Of a stretch of 64,000 nt of DNA, positions 59,106-64,000 are shown in pieces. The DNA lies in assembly GCF_053078305.1 (NCBI RefSeq), contig NZ_CP166879.1; one strand, given 5' to 3'. The position numbers and the translations under genes were made by a program. Under the pieces are notes generated by a model. The model saw only the letters and a program-made list of their open reading frames with translations. It had not been told where the DNA came from and ran no database searches. Positions within the stretch are counted from its first letter, which is position 1, and each line of letters starts with the position of its first letter.

Positions 59106-59227
59106 CTGCGCCCTTTATTAACGGGCTTTTTCTGACAGCAACACCATGCTGTACTGGTGGTGTTTTAACCCTGACGGGAGTTTTTGTCCGTCGGGGCGAA
59201 GGCTCCCGTTTTTTTACAGGAGTCTTT

Positions 59228-59620
59228 ATGTCAACGTTTATTTTGTGCCCTGAACCGGGCATCTCTTCTTTTTTCCGGCGAATGACGGCTCAGTTGCGGG
59301 TGTTTTTTTCCCGCAATAACCTGTCATATTACAGTCGCTGGTACACTAATCCGGCCGGCAATCTGAGCGTGCGGGTCTGTATGTTCCGTCGTGGCGGTGT
59401 CTGGACACCCTGCCTGTATTACCGGCAGGGAATGTATCGCAACGAGTACACAGGATGGTATCAGCCGTTACCGCGTGAGGTCATTTATCTGAACCGGTTT
59501 ACCGGACGGATATCCCGTCGCAGGACATGGCATGCTGCCTGCCGTATGGCGGAGCAACTGACCACCCTGCGTTACCGGTTTGGTCTGCAGGGTGATGGAA
59601 TCGTCGCACAGCCCTGCTGA
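59228..59620 (+). CDS. hypothetical protein
   Basis: ATG 59228 after AGGAG RBS; preceded by a CCCTGACGG...CCGTC(A/G)GGG hairpin leader. The ORF-track entry 59060..59620 begins inside the repeat. Confidence 0.4.
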   Translation: MSTFILCPEPGISSFFRRMTAQLRVFFSRNNLSYYSRWYTNPAGNLSVRVCMFRRGGVWTPCLYYRQGMYRNEYTGWYQPLPREVIYLNRFTGRISRRRTWHAACRMAEQLTTLRYRFGLQGDGIVAQPC

Positions 59621-59702
59621 TTTATCATTTATTACCCTGTCGGGAACACGCTTCCCGCAGGGCAGGTGTGTTCCCGTTATTTTTTGTATCTGAGGTGAAC
59701 AC

Positions 59703-60182
59703 ATGCATAGTCTGTTAATACTCCTTTACGTTGTTGTATGGCGTGCCTGCACCATTCTTCGGGTAATCGCACCAGTGTCGGCTGTCCGTGCGTGGTGTGA
59801 GTATCAACTGGAAGGTATGACGATACTTCGTGATGCGTACAGCTCGCTGGCTAAGGCGGCTGGAATGCAGAATGATGCATTTGAATATACTGAAAGTATT
59901 GCACGTCATCTGGGCTACAAAAGCGGTGGTGACCAACTGAAATCAGGACTTTTCCGGCCGTTTCTGTGGCATATACGTGTGAAAGGCCACAGGCTGGGGG
60001 CTGTCATGGAGATGGAGGCATGGAAGACATGGAAGAATGGCTGTAACGATGTCTGCAATCCATGGGAGGATGTCTGTAATCCATGGGAGCGTGGATGGAA
60101 CGATGGCTGGACGGAATGTCTGAATCAACGTATAGCCGGGCTCCTGAAGCAGGCCTGTATTGAATTTTCCGACGCAGACTGA
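59703..60182 (+). CDS. hypothetical protein
   Basis: 159-aa ORF with GAGGTG RBS. Confidence 0.45.
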   Translation: MHSLLILLYVVVWRACTILRVIAPVSAVRAWCEYQLEGMTILRDAYSSLAKAAGMQNDAFEYTESIARHLGYKSGGDQLKSGLFRPFLWHIRVKGHRLGAVMEMEAWKTWKNGCNDVCNPWEDVCNPWERGWNDGWTECLNQRIAGLLKQACIEFSDAD

Positions 60183-60377
60183 CGGGCAGGATGCCAGTCA
60201 GTCACAGGAAGGATGTCAAATCGTGAGCGATGCAACTGCCATTTTGCAATGATGGCTGTTTTGCTCCCGTAACGGTTTTTCTTTTACTTACTGCACCGTG
60301 TTTTTGCGCCGGTGTTTTCCCTGACGGGAGTTTTGTTCCGTCAGGGACAGGACTTCCTTTAAGAGACGGAGGTCATC

Positions 60378-60755
60378 ATGTATTCACCTTTAATTGCTCA
60401 TTATTCAGCGCTTCAGACGCAGTCTGCTCTGCTGGCTCATATCAGTCAGATGGAAGGCGAGCTGATGCGGTTACGTGCCTGGCAACGGCTGGGTATTACC
60501 CCGGAGCCGGATGATGAGACGGAGCCTTCACTGGTATACGTGTATCTGTGGGATACCGGCGAGGCGCTGGGCTGGCTGTTGTATGACCTGGAGCAGGAGG
60601 AGATTTCCGCACCGGGAATTCAGGCCCGTCAGGCACTCGACAGTCTGATGGCTCTGGGGCGTGAAATTAATCATGAAATCTGGGCTGACAGTATCAGTAC
60701 CGGAAAGATGGTGGCCGGAGCGGATGAATATTTTGCCCGGCACGACATGATGTAA
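60378..60755 (+). CDS. hypothetical protein
   Basis: 125-aa acidic ORF with GGAGG RBS; same hairpin leader as 59228. Confidence 0.45.
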   Translation: MYSPLIAHYSALQTQSALLAHISQMEGELMRLRAWQRLGITPEPDDETEPSLVYVYLWDTGEALGWLLYDLEQEEISAPGIQARQALDSLMALGREINHEIWADSISTGKMVAGADEYFARHDMM

Positions 60756-60836
60756 TTCATGACCTGACTCTGACGGGGGAGTTCTCCGTCCGGGAGACAT
60801 TCCCCGTTGTTTAGTTTTAACCATGAGGAATGTTCC

Positions 60837-61466
60837 ATGTCTGAGTTATCTTCACGTCCGGTCCGTGAGCCGGTGGTATATACCCTTGAGCAGGTTTCCA
60901 CAATACCGGAAAAGCAGTGGCATGCTTTTGTTCTGGCTGTCACTGAAACCTTCTGGCAGTTGCCGGAGGCGTTACGGCCGCAGAATGCGTATTTCGGCTC
61001 CCTGACCCGGGCGTCAGAGTTGTTTCCGGTAACGGACACGCTGGCGTTTTACTGCCGGTCTGCCGACGGGCTGTGGTCGGTGAATGTCACTATTGAGCGG
61101 GAGCACAGCCGGAATATCCTGGCTCTTAATGAGCTGAATTTCGGACGTCAGCCGGGAGATTTCTTTGCCCGTACAGTCTTTGTGCTGTTGCACAATCTGT
61201 GTCCGGACTGTTTTCGTATTCATTCCACTGTCGGTGGTGCCAGCTGGTCGCTGCCGCTGAAATGGATAAAACGGTACCTGGGGCATGAGAATTTTTCTGC
61301 TCCGGAGTCTGTATTAACCACCCCGGTAAGGGGAGATGCGTTTGACAGCTTACTGCTGCAGTTTTTGTCCGGTCAGGGGCGACAGTTATCCCCGGATGAC
61401 TGGGCAGCACTGGAAGAGGCCGAATATCAGCTTTACTGGCTGCGGGCTCTTGCCGGTGGGCGGTAA
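60837..61466 (+). CDS. hypothetical protein
   Basis: ORF track 60807..61466; ATG 60837 after GAGGA RBS. Confidence 0.45.
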   Translation: MSELSSRPVREPVVYTLEQVSTIPEKQWHAFVLAVTETFWQLPEALRPQNAYFGSLTRASELFPVTDTLAFYCRSADGLWSVNVTIEREHSRNILALNELNFGRQPGDFFARTVFVLLHNLCPDCFRIHSTVGGASWSLPLKWIKRYLGHENFSAPESVLTTPVRGDAFDSLLLQFLSGQGRQLSPDDWAALEEAEYQLYWLRALAGGR

Positions 61467-61581
61467 CAGAACGCCGTAGTTTCTTTATCCGGAATAACGT
61501 CATCACGTATTCCGTCATTATATCACCCGGCAGGGACATATCCCTGTGGGGAGAGTCCCGGCTTTATTCAGGAGAATTGTT

Positions 61582-61965
61582 ATGGGACTCGATATTTACT
61601 TTCTGGCTCGTGATAACCATCACAGTGGTGCCGTTGTGGGAACACAGGAACATCAGGAGGTGGGGGCTTTCCGTAAGGTGAAACCGCTTCTGACATGGTT
61701 TCGTGAACATACCGGTGCTTCAGATGAGCAGCATGCTTTCCCTGTAACCCGCAGTTCACTGGCTGCATTATTGCGCGACCTCAGTATGCTGACACCGGGG
61801 AACTGCCACAGGCTGTTTCCTTATGTCACAGGCTCGTGTTTACGGGGGGAAGATTATGCCGGTGATTACTGGTATGACGTGGATGACGTAAAAGCGTGGG
61901 TCAGCAATACGCTGAAGACGTTTGATTTTGAGCGTCGTTCACTGGTGATGCTGGCGTTGTGGTAA
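61582..61965 (+). CDS. hypothetical protein
   Basis: ORF track 61546..61965; ATG 61582 after AGGAG RBS. Confidence 0.45.
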   Translation: MGLDIYFLARDNHHSGAVVGTQEHQEVGAFRKVKPLLTWFREHTGASDEQHAFPVTRSSLAALLRDLSMLTPGNCHRLFPYVTGSCLRGEDYAGDYWYDVDDVKAWVSNTLKTFDFERRSLVMLALW

Positions 61966-62057
61966 TTCTGGCCAGTCTGATTTTCGTTATTAATTTAACT
62001 GTACGGTGCACTCTCACCGTACAGGGAGCGTGCATCTTTTTCAGGGGGCATGCTCTT

Positions 62058-63035
62058 ATGAAAACGAAAAAACATACTTCACGTACCGCGATTAAAACTC
62101 CGGAACGTGACCTGTATCAGCTTGTGACCGACAGGGTTGTTACGGCCATTGAAAATGGTGTGCCACCCTGGAAACGTCCCTGGCGCTCTGCGCGTAATGG
62201 CGTGGGGCTTCCGGAGATGATGCCGGCAAATGCCCTGACCGGGAAGCCTTATACAGGGGTGAACGTCCTGTTGCTGTGGCTGGCCGCGGATGAAGCCGGG
62301 TATGTCAGCAATGACTGGCTGACGTACCGTCAGGCGCAACAACTGGGTGGCCACGTCCGTAAAGGGGAGGTGGCCACGCTGGCGGTGATTTACAAAGACT
62401 GGAAAAAACAGGCTGTGGATGAACACGGTAACCGGCTGACGGACAGTGAGGGGGAGCCTCTCATGGAAATCGTACCGGTACTGAAATCGAATCCTCTGTT
62501 TAATGTGGGGCAGTGTGACGGTTTACCTGAACATCTGATGGTGAAGGCGGAAGGCAGCGCGGATGCACTGCCGGCAGATACCTTCAGTGAGCGGGTGCTG
62601 CAGGTACTGAATGGCAGCGGCGTCAGCGTCTCGTCACTTCCACAGGACAGGGCATTCTACCGGCCTGATCTTGACCGTATCGTGATGCCACTGTCGTCGC
62701 AGTTTGACCAGGTGGCTGATTACTGGACCACCCTGCTGCATGAGCTGGTACACAGTACCGGTCATGAAAAGCGCCTGCGGCGGGTGGGGATAAGTACCTT
62801 TACCGGTCGCAAAAGCCCGGAATATGCGTTTGAAGAGCTGATTGCCGAGATGGGCAGTGCTTTTCTGTGTGCACATCTCGGGATTGCCGGTGACGTACAG
62901 CACGAAAGTTATATTGACGGATGGCTTAAGGTTCTGAAGTCTGACAAAAAAGCGCTGTTTCGCGCCTGCCGGCAGGCACGTGAAGCATCAGAGTATTTAC
63001 TGACGCGGCGAACTTCGCAGGAGTGCGCAGCATAA
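62058..63035 (+). CDS. ardC: ArdC-like antirestriction protein (N-terminal ssDNA-binding domain plus zincin-like metallopeptidase domain)
   Basis: ORF track 61959..63035; ATG 62058 after AGGGGG RBS. HELVHSTGH (HExxH) motif in the C-terminal domain; N-terminal ...ENGVPPWKRPW... pattern typical of ArdC. Confidence 0.7.
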   Translation: MKTKKHTSRTAIKTPERDLYQLVTDRVVTAIENGVPPWKRPWRSARNGVGLPEMMPANALTGKPYTGVNVLLLWLAADEAGYVSNDWLTYRQAQQLGGHVRKGEVATLAVIYKDWKKQAVDEHGNRLTDSEGEPLMEIVPVLKSNPLFNVGQCDGLPEHLMVKAEGSADALPADTFSERVLQVLNGSGVSVSSLPQDRAFYRPDLDRIVMPLSSQFDQVADYWTTLLHELVHSTGHEKRLRRVGISTFTGRKSPEYAFEELIAEMGSAFLCAHLGIAGDVQHESYIDGWLKVLKSDKKALFRACRQAREASEYLLTRRTSQECAA

Positions 63036-63148
63036 TTTTTACTACCGGTGGCGGTTATAACCTGACCGCCATTTATCCCGTGAGGGCATTGTACCTCACG
63101 GGACAATGCCCTCTTTTTACATCTGTATAAAAAAGAGGAGCGTAAACA

Positions 63149-64000
63149 ATGTCTGAATGGTGCAAAAACCGTTTTGAAATTACCGGTAAATCAGTCTGTC
63201 TTGATGTACTTACACAGTGGATTGAAGGGCGTGAGACCCCGCGCTACCGTCATGCCATACAGCAGAGTATACAGCTGTTTCTGGCCGGTTGTGCAGGGCT
63301 GGTAAAACCCACACGGACGACGCAGTATCCGCCATATCCGGCGCTGGTTCGTCAAGGAACGGGGTTGTCATCTCCGGCTAACCAGGCGTTTGAGCAGTGG
63401 CTGGGGTTGCTGGTAAAAAATGCCGTTCTGGATGGTGAAACGATAAAGACCATTGAGCGTCTTTATCACCAGTCATGTATCGGCGCTGTTCGCTGGGGTA
63501 ATCTGCCGGATAATGCCAGGGAGATCATCACCACGCTGATGAGCCGTCAGTATTCTGACTGGTTTGGTCTGGCCGGGCTGAGTGAACACATTGATGCAGA
63601 AGCCTGCTGGAGCTGGTTGTCGGATTACCCGGAACAGGCGCAGCCCTGTGACATGCTGATGGTCATACCCTCCCGTCTGGCTACAGAGCTGAATGGTTCA
63701 GGTGGACTGCTGCAGGGTATTTCCACAACGACCAGCCTTTACAGCCGGATATACGGTGTGGAGTGGCCGTCAGGAAATAATGTTCGCCATGCGCGTGATG
63801 AGATGAGCAGTCTGGTGCTGCTGATCGACACGCCCTGGTATCCGCCTTCAGGCGAACTGGTTGGTGAGATCTCGAAGGTGTTTGACTGCGAGGTCCGACA
63901 CTGGTACAGCGAGCCGGTACACGGTATACAGGGTTACAACTGTTACGATGGCGGAGAGCATACGGACAGTGATCTGCAGGCCGAATGGCCGGGCAGGGAA
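63149..64000 (+). CDS. hypothetical protein, 3' end truncated by window edge
   Basis: ATG 63149 after AAGAGGAG RBS; frame open through position 64000 (284 codons, no stop), so absent from the ORF track. Confidence 0.5.
   Translation, partial: MSEWCKNRFEITGKSVCLDVLTQWIEGRETPRYRHAIQQSIQLFLAGCAGLVKPTRTTQYPPYPALVRQGTGLSSPANQAFEQWLGLLVKNAVLDGETIKTIERLYHQSCIGAVRWGNLPDNAREIITTLMSRQYSDWFGLAGLSEHIDAEACWSWLSDYPEQAQPCDMLMVIPSRLATELNGSGGLLQGISTTTSLYSRIYGVEWPSGNNVRHARDEMSSLVLLIDTPWYPPSGELVGEISKVFDCEVRHWYSEPVHGIQGYNCYDGGEHTDSDLQAEWPGRE

Noticed and set aside
1-64000. rRNA or tRNA genes, including a tRNA attachment site for the ICE
   Set aside because: No cloverleaf-compatible sequences or rRNA-like conserved blocks were recognised by eye; ICE boundaries with tRNA-derived repeats are not in the window (not excluded without tRNAscan-type analysis).

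Overview
Mosaic, horizontally acquired enterobacterial DNA, read from sequence and ORF translations only (no database searches were run). (1) Positions 1-39,250 are the backbone of an integrative conjugative element (ICE) of the SPI-7 / PAPI-1 / pKLC102 type. It carries STY4528-like replication-region genes, topB, ssb, an Rpn nuclease, and a full run of GI-type T4SS genes (PilL-like lipoprotein, lytic transglycosylase, TraD coupling protein, RAQPRD protein, VirB4/TraC-like ATPase, TraG-like protein). No relaxase or integrase lies in the window and traG appears frameshifted. The backbone is interrupted by an IS66-family element (5583-8095) with an 8-bp target-site duplication. Next to it is a striking ~0.8-kb tandem array of 36-bp units, each with a 15-bp palindrome, which I interpret as a sopC-like centromere or iteron array. 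(2) Positions 39,702-40,105 hold the Zur-regulon ribosomal-protein paralogs ykgM/ykgO with a Zur-box-like palindrome. (3) Positions 42,600-54,600 (minus strand) hold a contact-dependent growth inhibition locus, cdiB-cdiA-cdiI. CdiA is 2981 aa with a VENN motif, followed by a glycine-zipper-rich C-terminal domain, a small membrane immunity gene, and a degenerate orphan CT/immunity module. Two low-GC membrane-protein genes lie just downstream. (4) Positions 56,500-64,000 are a second island with a tyrosine-recombinase-like gene, an ArdC-like antirestriction gene and small translationally coupled genes. A ~240-300-bp structured repeat rich in UUCG-type hairpins occurs three times (one copy in the ICE, two as direct repeats flanking the recombinase module), and a perfect 22-7-22 inverted repeat sits just upstream of the recombinase. 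No rRNA, tRNA or CRISPR array was found. Family names are from recognition of motifs and gene order, not from searches; coordinates of non-ORF features are approximate to a few bp.
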